Assembly (NCBI RefSeq): GCF_006345805.1
Contig: NC_043000.1
Location: 151,156,001 to 151,220,000, forward strand
Direction of reading: 5' to 3'
Source of the DNA: Octopus sinensis
Lineage: Eukaryota
Length of the DNA stretch: 64,000 bases
Both the position numbers and the translations under genes were made by a program. The first letter of the stretch is position 1. Each line of letters opens with the position of its first letter. The notes beneath the pieces were generated by a model, which was not told where the DNA came from, did not search any database, and was given only the letters and a program-made list of their open reading frames with translations. This document shows positions 40,043 to 51,703 of this stretch, in pieces.

Positions 40043-40435
40043 TCTATATATATAAAGCTGAAGTCGTCTGAGTATGGCAGGTTTGGCAGGCTTGAACCAA
40101 CACTATCTCCTCCGAGACCTTGCGGCGCAAGTTGACAAAAATGAGAGTATGATAGAAGAAGGCTTTGCTCTTCCTTCCGTAGAAGAAAAAATTCAAATCG
40201 AACCATGTTAACATCAAAAATTATTTACATCAAAAAGGTGCTTTTTTTCTATGAAAATCCCTATTTTTTATGATTTTTTCACTGCTGTGTCGCCATTTTT
40301 CGGTGTATTTCAACCAGAAAAATGTTCACTTAAAGAGAATAACAAGCTACATAAAAAATTTTTACTTTTCAAAAATTCCAATTCTAAAGGGTCGAAAAGA
40401 AAACAAGCCCGAGCAACGCTGGGCTATAATGCTAG
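40043..40435 (+). mobile_element. Non-autonomous Helitron, related subfamily
   Basis: 5' TCTATATATATAAAGCTGAAGT (compare TCTTTATATATAAAAGTGAAGT), 3' CCCGAGCAACGCTGGG..GCTAG, A|T site; internal sequence differs from the other four copies. Confidence 0.75.
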
Positions 40436-40814
40436 TAGAAAAATATAACTATATTTCTCAATGCATTTTGTTCATTCCACTGATTCTGTCATCCGCCGCC
40501 TTGAAGTGTTCGAATAATGTTTTCATAAATATGAATAAGTACAAGTTCAGAAATATTATGGTGGGGGAACAGTTAGTTATATCCTTCCCAGTACTTGGCT
40601 TTATTGACTCTGGAAGGATAAAAGACAAAACCAAATTCAAAAGGGTTTAAAGCCAGAACATAAACTAAACATCGAACAATATTGTGACCGACATTGTAAC
40701 AATACTACGAATCTACCTAAGAACAAATTAAATAAATTCTTTAACAGTGATTTCTTACACGAAAGCAAATCTTCTTTTCTTCTTTGTTTTCTTATTTCGT
40801 TTGTTGTTTTTACT

Positions 40815-41035
40815 GTTGTGTTGTTGTTGTTTAGCCCTCGGTCGGCTCTAATTTAACAGACCTGTGATCATGGATAGTCCAACTATGATTAAGCCATCTT
40901 TTATTTTAAGCATTGTGTATTTAGGACTATATTATCCACTGTGACATTGCTATTTTTTTTAATTTAAAAGGTTAGGGTATAATATGAGTGGGGTTTCTTT
41001 GATATTTCTAGCAGACTGAAGGATTACATCGAGAA
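40815..41035 (-). mobile_element. Old (AAC)n-tailed SINE-like repeat, family E
   Basis: Aligns with 56825-57055 (TGTTTAGC..AGACCT.T.ATCA..TCCAAC.ATG; CTATTTC.AGCAG). Confidence 0.55.
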
Positions 41036-41460
41036 TCCATTTATTTTATTTTATATGCTAAAACGTTGGACAAAAAAAAATCTTACAGGATTTAGTTCGG
41101 CTTTTTTTCTTAGTTCAAACCTTGTTGAGATCAATTTGAACTATTTATCCTTCTGGGATCGATAAAATAAAGTACTTTGATCATCTACTTCTGCGATACA
41201 CACTAAGATTAGTGGCATTGTGCCTATGTTACAGTACTGGCAGGATGAGTGTTAAAGTCAATACTAGCGGGATTTGAAATCAGAACACTGGAAAGGAAAG
41301 AAAGTAAACAATCTAAATTGTGTGAAGCTTTTAGAATAGCCTTCCACCATTTCCACCCGCTTTTATGTTCGATAGTTTTAATATTAAATAAAAGAAAAAA
41401 AAAATGAGATGGATTTATGTCTGAAAAGAGAGACGTGAATGATTGTAAGAAAAATATACC

Positions 41461-41689
41461 TATTTCTTTATTACCCACATGGGCTAAACACAGAGGGGAC
41501 AAACAAGGACAGACATAGGTATTAAGTCGATTACATCGACCCCAGTGCGTAACTGGTACTTAATTTATCGACCCCGAAAGGATGAAAGGCAAAGTCGACC
41601 TCGGCGGAATTTGAACTCAGAATGTAGCGGCAGACGAAATACCGCTAAGCATTTCGCCCGGCGTGCTAACGTTTCTGCCAGCTCGCCGC
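41461..41689 (-). mobile_element. SINE family C monomer with tail 2
   Basis: Complete head, body and tail 2; 17-bp TSD TGTAAGAAAAATATACC at 41444-41460 and 41690-41706. Confidence 0.92.
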
Positions 41690-43222
41690 TGTAAGAAAAA
41701 TATACCACTGGATCACTTCCTCCCTTCCTTCCTTTCTTCCTTATTTCCTTCTTTCCCTCCTTCCTTTCTTTCTTTCTACCGTCCTGTCTCCCATAATTAT
41801 TTAAGTCGACAGGCCTTATTCCAATTGAAAATGAAAAGCTGGACTTTTGAATTAAGGAGTACAATGATTTCAAAGTCCTTATATGAGATCTAAATTAGAT
41901 TGTTATTGAGTATTTCTATAGACAGAATCATAAGATATTCAATGTTCAACCTATACTCTTTGTTTTTGCCTTTGTTGTTGTCGTTGTTGTTTCTCTACGT
42001 TTCGTTTGGACTCGTTTCATTTCATAACGTGACAAGAAAACTTAAATATTCATCGATGTTGTTAAATTTCAAGTATTCACCTCATGCTGCTGTGTTTGTA
42101 TGAGCGCGCGTGTGAGCATGTGTGTGTGTGTGTGTATTGTGTGTGTGTACGTGTGTGTGTGTGTATTGTGTGTGCGTGTGTGTGTGTGTTTTATTTAACC
42201 TTATGAATAATATCGGTCAGATGTTCATAGCAGAACGGCGCTTCGCCCACTGACGTCTGAACAATAGAAGGAAACAGAAAGTCAAGTGCCATGGCTCTGT
42301 ATGTTAAAGGTAACTAATTTGATTAACGGACAAGACTGAAGCTCTTGCATTGCTTTATAATCATGACAGCTATTGAGAGCGGCTCTATATCCTGCCTTCT
42401 GACTCACTACCAGTTTTGTGTCAACGCAACTAGGTATTTTTCGAGCAGCTCGGCACATTTAGCTTGCGGAGTTGAAAGCTGAAGGGTATAATTAAGAATT
42501 CCATTAATTGGTAAGCGATAAACAAAGCACAAAATGGCTGCGGCACATCAAACATTAGATGTGTTCAACTACAAACGGGGTCAGGATAATAACTCGGGGC
42601 TACATTATCATCAGCAGAGTGGGAAGACTTCCGAAAAAATATAATTAAAAAAAAAAAACTGGAAAAAGAAAATATAAAACGAGCTTAGAAAAAAAAAAAA
42701 AAAAAAAAAAAGAAAAAGAAAAAATTGCAATCCAAAATGTTACTTGATAATTATGCCTCTTAATTATGCTAGATTCTTTTAATTAGGGAATCAACTAAAA
42801 ACACAAATGTTGCGAAAATTTGTAGTTTTTGCGTTAAAAAAAATGCGTTGTGTAATAAGCATTGTGTAAATTGACGTTATTTAAGATGAAAGCATTTTCT
42901 TTTAAACCCTAGCTTTATATATTTCAAAACTGATGTTTATAAGTGACTGCAAATGTATGCATATAGAAAAATACATAATAGGAAGATTTCAGAAGAATGC
43001 TGATTTCTTATGTGGGAACAAAACTAAACATATATTGTGAAATAAAAAGACATTGGTCCGTTCACACATAGTTTTATTGTTATTATTGTTATCGTTGTTA
43101 TTATTATTATTATTTTATTATTATTATTATTATTTTTTGAAAATAAAATAGACATTGTTGTTATTTTTTTAATCTCTTTGTATATGTCCCTTTATTCGAC
43201 GCCTTTGTGGCAAATAAATAAA

Positions 43223-43265
<43 letters not shown>

Positions 43266-43962
43266 TGATGATGATGATGAGGAGGAGGAGGAGGAGGAGA
43301 AGAAGAAGAGGAAGAAGAGGATGAGAAGGAGGAGGAACAGGAGGTGGAGGAGGAGGAAGAAGAAGATGGGTTTCTAATTTTGACACATGGGGAGGGAGCA
43401 AATTTATTACATCGATCCTAGTATCAGACTGGTGCTTTGTTTTATCAATGAAGTATTGGGACGTAAAAATCGACTAATCTCTACCTCAGAAAACCAAATT
43501 ATTATTATTGTTGTTGTTGTTAAGGCATAGGTATTAAGTTGTTGTTATTAAGGGAGTCTTATTAAGTTGTTGTTATTAAAGCCGCCTTATACACATAAAG
43601 AAATCTCTATATTTGAAAGCAAAAACTATGACGACCAGAAACACAAATATTTATTACCATGACAGACACATCAAAAGCAAAACATTTGTACCTTTGATGC
43701 AAACACATGAGACCTTAGCTAGAATTTTAATAACAGATTTGTCAGCGTGGGCGGCCAGACAGACTTCATTGGCTTAGGAAACAAAACGAAGCAAAAAAGT
43801 AGAAAAAAATACATACGAAGAGTATCTTACGAGTGGCAAGAATATCTTCAAGAAATGAATCCATGAAAGAGCAAGGACGACAGAAATAAAACTCTGTCTT
43901 GCTTTAGTGGGGTGCTTTCATATATTCACACTCCTCTGTGTGTGTGTGTGTGTGTGTTTGGG

Positions 43963-44130
43963 TACGAGGGGTTACCCAAAAGAAACCGGGATTTTGCAAT
44001 ATTATTTTATTCAATTAGTTCTACATATTTACATTTTTATCACCTTCAAAGTATTCTCGTTCTGAAGCAATGCATCGGCCCAGACGCATGTTATACTGTT
44101 CGAATTAGTCCTGGAACTCTTGCAAAGTGA
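43963..44130 (-). mobile_element. Mariner 3' end relic
   Basis: TIR-like TACGAGGGGTTACCCAAAAG; minus-strand translation RLGRCIASEREYFEGD resembles the mariner C-terminus. Confidence 0.7.
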
Positions 44131-44724
44131 TGTATTTTTACATTTCTATAAGTAATATTTTTATAAACAAAACCCGAAAGACTTTGCAAGTTACAGAGAG
44201 AAAGCTACTATCGAAGACTCATAGTATAATAACTGTATAATAACTATAATGATATTTATTCTCCGATTTGCATCGACAATTATTTTTAAATATAAACAAA
44301 TGACTGAAAAATGATAATCTAACCTGAGGTTGAATCGAACTCCCAAATTGACGTTTACATGGCTCCTTGCGAATTTGATTGGGCAAATGCTGTAGATTGG
44401 AAAGATTGATGAGCAGAATCGATCGATTTTCAAGGTTTATTAGACTTTTATCAGAGGTGCCTACATCACTTGACCAATCCAGAGAAACAAGTAGCCAGTC
44501 TGGTTATATACACAATAAACCAATAGTAGTTTCAGAGAACTGGAGTTGTAAATTCCCATAACATAAGTATTTAACTTTTCATTTGATATCAGCAACCTCA
44601 AGTTCTTTACATTTGGAGTATTTGCTTTCATTATACGCACTCCTTCAGTATTTCGTTTCGGTTTATTTTTGGGACATTTTACTACGTGTTTTACTGAGCA
44701 AAATACATCTACTTTATCCACAAT

Positions 44725-44753
44725 GCATGTGTGCATATATGTATGTATGCATG

Positions 44754-44787
<34 letters not shown>

Positions 44788-44915
44788 TGCATGAATGTAT
44801 GTATACATGTATGTATGTATGTATGTATGTATGTATGTATGTATGTATGTATGTATGTATGTATGTTTGTATGTATGTATGTAAGTATGTATGTATGTAT
44901 GTATGTATGTATGTA
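44725..44915. repeat. (TATG)n microsatellite
   Basis: Read directly from the sequence. Confidence 0.95.
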
Positions 44916-44936
44916 GAATGAGTTTGTATGTATATA

Positions 44937-45320
44937 TACTCCAACCGCAGAACGGGGCGCCGCTGCGTGGTGCCAAGGATTCCAACATCACCATCAAAAT
45001 ACAGGTCCAGATACTGCAACAGCTTGGGTTTCAGAGGACCACAGCTTTTCAACATCCTCCCTAAATGCCTGAGAGACTTACATGGTGTGGATGTGGGTTT
45101 CTTTAAAACTAAACTGGATCTCTTCTTGTTGGAAGTCCCAGATGAACCTACCTCACGACAGGAGAGCGGATGCGGGCAGCAGCATCGAACTCCTTGTTGA
45201 TCAAGTGCCACGTATCAGAGGTGGATTCACAAATAGAGTGTGGCTCATTCAGCGGTGGTGCCCCAGCATGGCCGCGGCCTTCGGGCTAAAACATTTTTAA
45301 GGATTTAAGGATTTAAGGAT
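44937..45320 (+). mobile_element. CR1/L2-type LINE 3' end with (TTTAAGGA)n tail
   Basis: Translation NSLGFRGPQLFNILPKCLRDLHGVDVGFFKTKLDLFL..VPDEP..NSL.DQV; second copy at 50091-50508. Confidence 0.85.
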
Positions 45321-45879
45321 ATATATATATATATATATATGCATAAATACATACATACATATACTTGTGTACAGACATACATTTATTCATAACGTGAATA
45401 CAAACACACACGCACGCACGCAATCACACACGCGCGCGCGTACACACGCTGACACGCACACGTGCACACACACAAGCATCTTTCTTGCGTGTGATCACAG
45501 TAATAAAGATCTGTCATGAGACGAAACGTGGGTCAATCAACAATATTTTCACTTATATGCATTATACTGTAACATCAGGCCGTGATTTTGTGTGTGTGTG
45601 TGTAGGCTCCGAAGAAGCTACAAGGTGAAGCATGATGCAGGATCACTCAGTTCTGGGTGCACTGCTTCAGATAGCAGAAACAGCTATAGCTAATGAATTT
45701 CCTGTTCCTTTAACATTCAACTTCATGTTTAACTCTGTACTCAAAAACACTTTATTCTGAAGCATAAGTATATTGAGTTCAAACACAAAGTTATTAGCAT
45801 TGCTATGCTTAAGCGGAACATTAAAATGTATATATTATATATATTACTCTGTACTATGCTCCTGGTAGTCGGATATTCC

Positions 45880-46200
45880 AAAAGGTCTACCATAACGCGA
45901 AGCCTTCGTCAACGGACCTGCTAAGTGAATTGTGTGTGTTTTTGCAAATATACATAAATGTGTATTGTTGTTTATGCACATGGTGGCACATAAAACAGTG
46001 TTGTACGGGAACAGCCGAAAAATCACGAACTCACTTGTCTAATTCTTGGTAGAGAAAAACTTATCAGAAGCTCAAATTGAGCAGTTCAATATTAAAATCA
46101 GAATTGACAATTATATTGCGTGGATGAGTTATAGTAATTACAAGGCTAAATTTCTTAATTATATTGAGAGTACCACAGCAATAATGTTCAATTGAAGTGA
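45880..46200 (-). pseudogene. Possible very degraded LINE AP-endonuclease fragment
   Basis: [13 protein letters not shown] resembles the I..GDFNIDLL motif; downstream GISDY resembles SDH; weak. Confidence 0.3.
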
Positions 46201-46260
46201 ATAGCGTAAAAGTATAGGGTTTACACGAAGAGATGTGAAAATCTAACCCTATACTGATAT

Positions 46261-46298
<38 letters not shown>

Positions 46299-46445
46299 CA
46301 CCCACGCACACACACCCACACACACACATATATGTATACATATATACATATATACATATATGTATATATATATATATATATGTATACATATATATATACA
46401 TATATATATACATATATGTATATATATATATAAGTATATACATTA

Positions 46446-47156
46446 AACAACAATTGAGGAACGGCCTCAATAGGCCATTCGACCCACTAGAAAGAGCAGC
46501 CAGGACTCAAACCGCCAAGTAGTAGTAATTCAGAAATTAAAGGAAAATTAAAAAAACATTTACCCTATTCATCTTTAGACAATGCATTGTTTCGACGTTT
46601 TTAATGGCAAACCAGCCTTATTAAATTAAATTAAACTTAATCAAGTCAATCTACCAAAGGCTACGTCTCATCGGTAAAGAAGCCAGGAGGGACAGACATA
46701 CACGAGGCCGCAGTATCTATGCCCCGGGAATGTTTGCCCTAAAATTTTCAAAACCGCCGTAATCGCGCCAAACTTATTAGCAGCAAATATAAACTGCTGA
46801 TTCAATTTCAGAATTAGTCAGAAAATCATCAATTAATCAATATGGGGTAGCAAAAAATTCAATAGAAATTTTTTCGCCACCAGCGGTCTAGTGAGAGAGA
46901 GAAAATAGTCAGAGACTATATATATAAAGATGAATAGGGTAAATGTTTTTAAATTTTCCTTTAATTTCTGAATTACTACTACTTGGCGGTTTGAGTCCTG
47001 GCTGCTCTTTCTAGTGGGTCGAATGGCCTATTGAGGCCGTTCCTCAATTGTTGTTGAATTTATATATATAGTCTCTGACTATTTTCTCTCTCTCACTAGA
47101 CCGCTGGTGGCGAAAAAATTTCTATTGAACTTTTTACTACCCTATATTGATTAATT
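46446..47156. repeat. (TA)n-flanked block with two interleaved inverted duplications (A-spacer-B-A'-B')
   Basis: 46446-46577 is the reverse complement of 46925-47055; 46831-46928 is the reverse complement of 47059-47156. Confidence 0.9.
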
Positions 47157-47289
47157 ATAAGTATATACATGTATACACTTATATAAGTATATATATATAT
47201 ATATGCGTATATACATATATATGTATATATATATATTATATATATATATATATATATTATATATACATGAATACACGCATATATATATA

Positions 47290-47335
<46 letters not shown>

Positions 47336-47355
47336 TATATATATATTATATATAT

Positions 47356-47389
<34 letters not shown>

Positions 47390-47800
47390 ACATATATATA
47401 TGTATACGTGCATAGACTACGTTGATGAACCTCTGAAATGGCCAGAAGGACTGTAAATATGTTTTTTTTTTCTGGCTTGGATACCGGCTTTTCTTAAAAG
47501 GTTTCCTTTTATCTTAAAAAAGTAACTTTTGATCGTAAAAAGTTCTTAGTCGATGAACTTTTATCTATACCTTATGTATTTATATGTCTCTTATATATAC
47601 GTATTTTTATATTTTTTATATATTTATTATTCTAGGTTTTAAATGTAAAAAAAAATTTTTAGATGCTGAAGAATAAATTTTTCAAATTTTTTATATTGCA
47701 ATAGACTGTACTCACTTTTTTTATATGCTTGTCTAAATGAAATATTGTTTCATCTGTGATTTTGTGCATCCGTATTCTATGTATAAGAAAAAGCATTATA

Positions 47801-48201
47801 TCTTTATATATAAAAGTGAAGTTGTGTGTCTGTCTCCTACGATTTAGATTCCTAACTACTCCCACATTTTGCGGTGCAGTTTAACCAAAACCGAGTATCT
47901 TATAGTCGTGATTCATATCGAGCCCTTCTGGGTATTAGCGCGCGTCTACGATGAGTCTACGATTTAAAAAAGAATTTACCATCATTTTTTTTCCATTTTA
48001 ATGCATTTTTTCGCTATTATATAAGGGAAGTAACTCTCTAAAAATGTCTACGATGAGTAAACGATTTTTAAAAAAAATTACCATAATTTTTTTCCCATTT
48101 TTAATGCATTTTTTTTTGCTATTTTTTGGCTATAACTCTCTAAAAATGCTTATATAGTTATTTCCCTTACAAACTCGAGCAACGCCGGGCGATACTGCTA
48201 G
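47801..48201 (+). mobile_element. Non-autonomous Helitron
   Basis: A|TC start, hairpin CTCG-AGCAACGC-CGGG, CTAG|T end; same family as 34676 and 36385. Confidence 0.92.
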
Positions 48202-48388
48202 TTTCTTTATATGTGATTAAATGTTCAAGATGTGATATGTTAAGTGGATGACCTTAAATTTGTTGCCTGTTCTACAACCAAAGTTTGTTATACTCATCTC
48301 ATTTTCCTGAGCACTTCTCTTGCACTCCTCTTAACCCTCTTGTTCCTAATAAGAAACAAGCACTAGCATTATTGATATACATGCATAC

Positions 48389-48447
<59 letters not shown>

Positions 48448-48449
<2 letters not shown>

Positions 48450-48920
48450 AAGTAAGTTAGGGGTTGTGGATCCAACCCTCTAAGGGACAATACTTATCCA
48501 ATATACTGTTGGTATACTACCCAAATTATTAATACTCAAGTGTTTTTAATTGCAATGCAATAAACTCACTTATTGTATTAAATGGGTGAAGGTAAAGAAA
48601 TATTTTACCATTTATTTATATTAATGGAGAAACACATTAGTTTGTTTATAAGCTTTAGGATATTAGAATGTTGACTTATTTAAGGCAACATTCTAACGTC
48701 CTAAAGCTGATAAACCAACTAATGTGTTTCTCCATTTTCATATTTGTAATATAAATTAATGGTAAAATATTTCTTTACCTTCACCCATTTAATACAATAA
48801 GTGAGTTTATTGCATTGCAATTAAAAACACTTGAGTATTAATAATTTGGGTAGTATACCAACAGTATATTGGATAAGTATTGTCCCTTAGAGGGTTGGAT
48901 CCACAACCCCTAACTTACTT

Positions 48921-48922
<2 letters not shown>
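48448..48922. repeat. Near-perfect 475-bp palindrome (fold-back) embedded in (TA)n
   Basis: Arms 48448-48673 and 48686-48922 are reverse complements apart from one roughly 11-bp indel and a few substitutions. Confidence 0.92.
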
Positions 48923-48954
<32 letters not shown>

Positions 48955-48955
<1 letters not shown>

Positions 48956-49076
48956 ATATTTCGGAATGGTCATATTGCCAGTTTAGCCAATAAAAACACA
49001 CGCACTATATATTTGGTGTTATTTTGCTTCAGTGATATTATTGGCTAAACTGGCAATATGACCATTCCGAAATATA
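48955..49076. repeat. 39-bp perfect inverted repeat with 44-bp spacer
   Basis: TATATTTCGGAATGGTCATATTGCCAGTTTAGCCAATAA at 48955-48993, reverse complement at 49038-49076. Confidence 0.9.
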
Positions 49077-49135
49077 CAATATCTGTTTCAACACACGACT
49101 TCACATAAAAAATCTTGCACAACAAATATTTAAAC

Positions 49136-49172
<37 letters not shown>

Positions 49173-49254
49173 CATATTTATATGTATGTATGCATGTATA
49201 TCAATAATGCTAGTGATTGTTTCTATTAGGAACATATTTGTAACACACACACAC

Positions 49255-49291
<37 letters not shown>

Positions 49292-49388
49292 CTATATATA
49301 TATAATATATATATATATATGTTGAATCGCTAGCTTCGGCACGCATTTTTCTCTCTCCTTGTTTCTCTCCGTGTTTCTTTTCTGTGTA

Positions 49389-49426
49389 TCTTTCTGTTGA
49401 AGAGCGTACGCTCGAAATGTAAAAGA
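49389..49426 (+). ncRNA. Minimal type I hammerhead-ribozyme-like motif (variant core) in a TA-flanked, probably Penelope-derived repeat
   Basis: Stem I TCTTT/AAAGA, core CTGTTGA+A, stem II GAGC-GTAC-GCTC, GAAA, very short stem III, putative GUA cleavage triplet; core differs from CUGANGA at A6. Confidence 0.4.
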
Positions 49427-50090
49427 CTTGTTTTATTTATATTCCTGAGCGCCATACTAATACAATTGTTTGTCTGTACTCCACCTGCCTTCGTCTTTTG
49501 TCTATTTTCATAAAGCTTCCCGTTATATATATATATATATATATATGGATCAGATGGTTATTTGAATAACGATCAAATCAAGTGGCAGGATGAGAAGAAA
49601 AAACATTATAGGTTATAATTATTATTAAAATTATAAATAGGGGTATCTAAGTGATACCATCGTGCTTGAAATGGCAGCCAAATCAGATTTTGACTGCTAT
49701 TTCAAGCATGGTGGTATCTCTTAATTATCCTTAATTATAATTTTAATATATATATATCGAATAAAGACAGCACGGAGCGCGACGAGTAACCACAAAACGT
49801 GCTCAAGAGCGCGTTCAACGCTTCTCTCTAGATTGCAATGTCGTACGAAACGGATAGGTTACATACACCATCCTCAGGGCAGGCTACATATATTTTTTCT
49901 ACTCTGCGCACAAGGCCCGAAATGTTTATATTGGCTATAAATTGGTCCTCTATTGGAAAGATACGAAGCTTAGGATTTACAAGAGTGAAGAATTTGAAAG
50001 CTGAGTATGCGAACTAATTTTGGTTCGTGTTTAGTGACTATTATCTTGTTTTTGTTACTAATACTGTCTGGAGTATTACTTCATTGATTG

Positions 50091-50508
50091 TTAAATCCTT
50101 AAATCCTTAAAAATGTTTCAGCCTGAAAGCTGCGGCCATGTTTGGGCACCACTGTTGAAATGAGCTGCGTGGCACTTGGTCAACAAGGAAGTTCCATGCC
50201 GCTGCCCGCATCTGTGTTTCCTGCCGAGAGGTAGGTTCATCTGGAATCCCTGACAAGAAGAGATCGAGTTTAGTTTTAAAGAAACCCACATCCACACCAT
50301 GCAGGTCTGTCAGGCATTTAGGAAGGATATTGAAGAGCTGTGGTCCCCTCCCGAAACCCAAGCTGTTGTAGTATCTGGTCCTGTATTTTGATGGTGATGT
50401 TGGGATCTTTGGCACCATGCAGTGGCGCTCTGTCCTGCTGTTGGGGTAACTTACAATGCCAAAATTCGGGTCAACGCCCTCCAGGATTTTCCAGATTTTC
50501 TTGAGTAT
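50091..50508 (-). mobile_element. CR1/L2-type LINE 3' end (same family as 44937-45320)
   Basis: IWKILEG..PNF..NSLGF..PQLFNILPKCL..FKTKLDLFLSGIPDEP; (TTTAAGGA)n tail at 50091-50110. Confidence 0.85.
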
Positions 50509-50651
50509 TTGTAACAAGCAGAAAATAGGTGAGCGTAAACTCAAAATAAAATTAGTTAGCATACTCTTCAGCTCACTTCAAACCAAACTCATGCTCTTTT
50601 GCACTTGCCATGTATATTTCTGATACACATATAACTAGGTAAGAATATGCA

Positions 50652-50765
<114 letters not shown>

Positions 50766-51589
50766 CGTGTGTACGTGAATCCATTCAGTTATTTAAAAAG
50801 CTAATGACTGAAATATGGCGGAATCCGTACAGAAACCAGAGAACTAAGATAAAAAGAAAACTGAATTCAATCTCTCAGACGTCAACGTTGCCTTTCATTT
50901 TTACCATGTCGATAAATTAAGTACCAGTAGTAAACGGAAGTAAGAGTCAAATGACTATAACCTTCTTTCCACGTTACAAATATAAGTCCCGCCTTATGCG
51001 TATGAAAGACATGAGTATTCTAGTAGGTCCTAAGGAAACAATATGCTTCCCTTTAGGTTGGGGTGGATTTCCTTTAGTGTTTTTGTTATATTCCACCAAC
51101 AACGAAAATGATACGCTGACGCCCAGTAATCTTCTGCCCCTATATAGTCTAAAATTTGGAGCGAAGAACAATGTCAACTCGAGGTTAAATAATAGGGAAG
51201 GCGGAGAAGAAAAAGAAAGAAAATCAGTACTCTATTTCACACCAATATACTTGTGAATAACATTTACTATGAAAATGTCACCATTAGTTGAAAGTCTTCA
51301 TTATGAATAATGACATGGTATTTATTACAATACATTGTTCACTAAACAATGCCTTGCTTTCTTCAAATCCGCTATGACTGACATTGAAGAAGCTTGTCAA
51401 TCGGCGACGACTTAGTGAAATCACTCGAGTAGCTAACTGTACCAGGGACTAGTTAGGTCTTTCATCGTAATGTTGAAGCGGAGATAACATTTAAAGCGTC
51501 AAGAGTTGCGGGTCAAGGGGAGGGTTCAGTCCCGTATTATTTATATGTGGGAGGGAACCTGAACGTTAAAAATTATACACCTGTGTGTG

Positions 51590-51591
51590 GG

Positions 51592-51623
<32 letters not shown>

Positions 51624-51669
51624 TGTATGTATATATGTATGTATGTATGCATGTATGTATATATGTATG

Positions 51670-51703
<34 letters not shown>

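Noticed and set aside
46577-46612. Second hammerhead on the minus strand (GAAA-CAATGCATTG-TC, palindromic stem III)
   Set aside because: No CUGANGA core or stem I pairing upstream; at best a decayed remnant.
47420-47455. TTGATGA followed by a stem, hammerhead-like
   Set aside because: The GAAA half of the core is missing.
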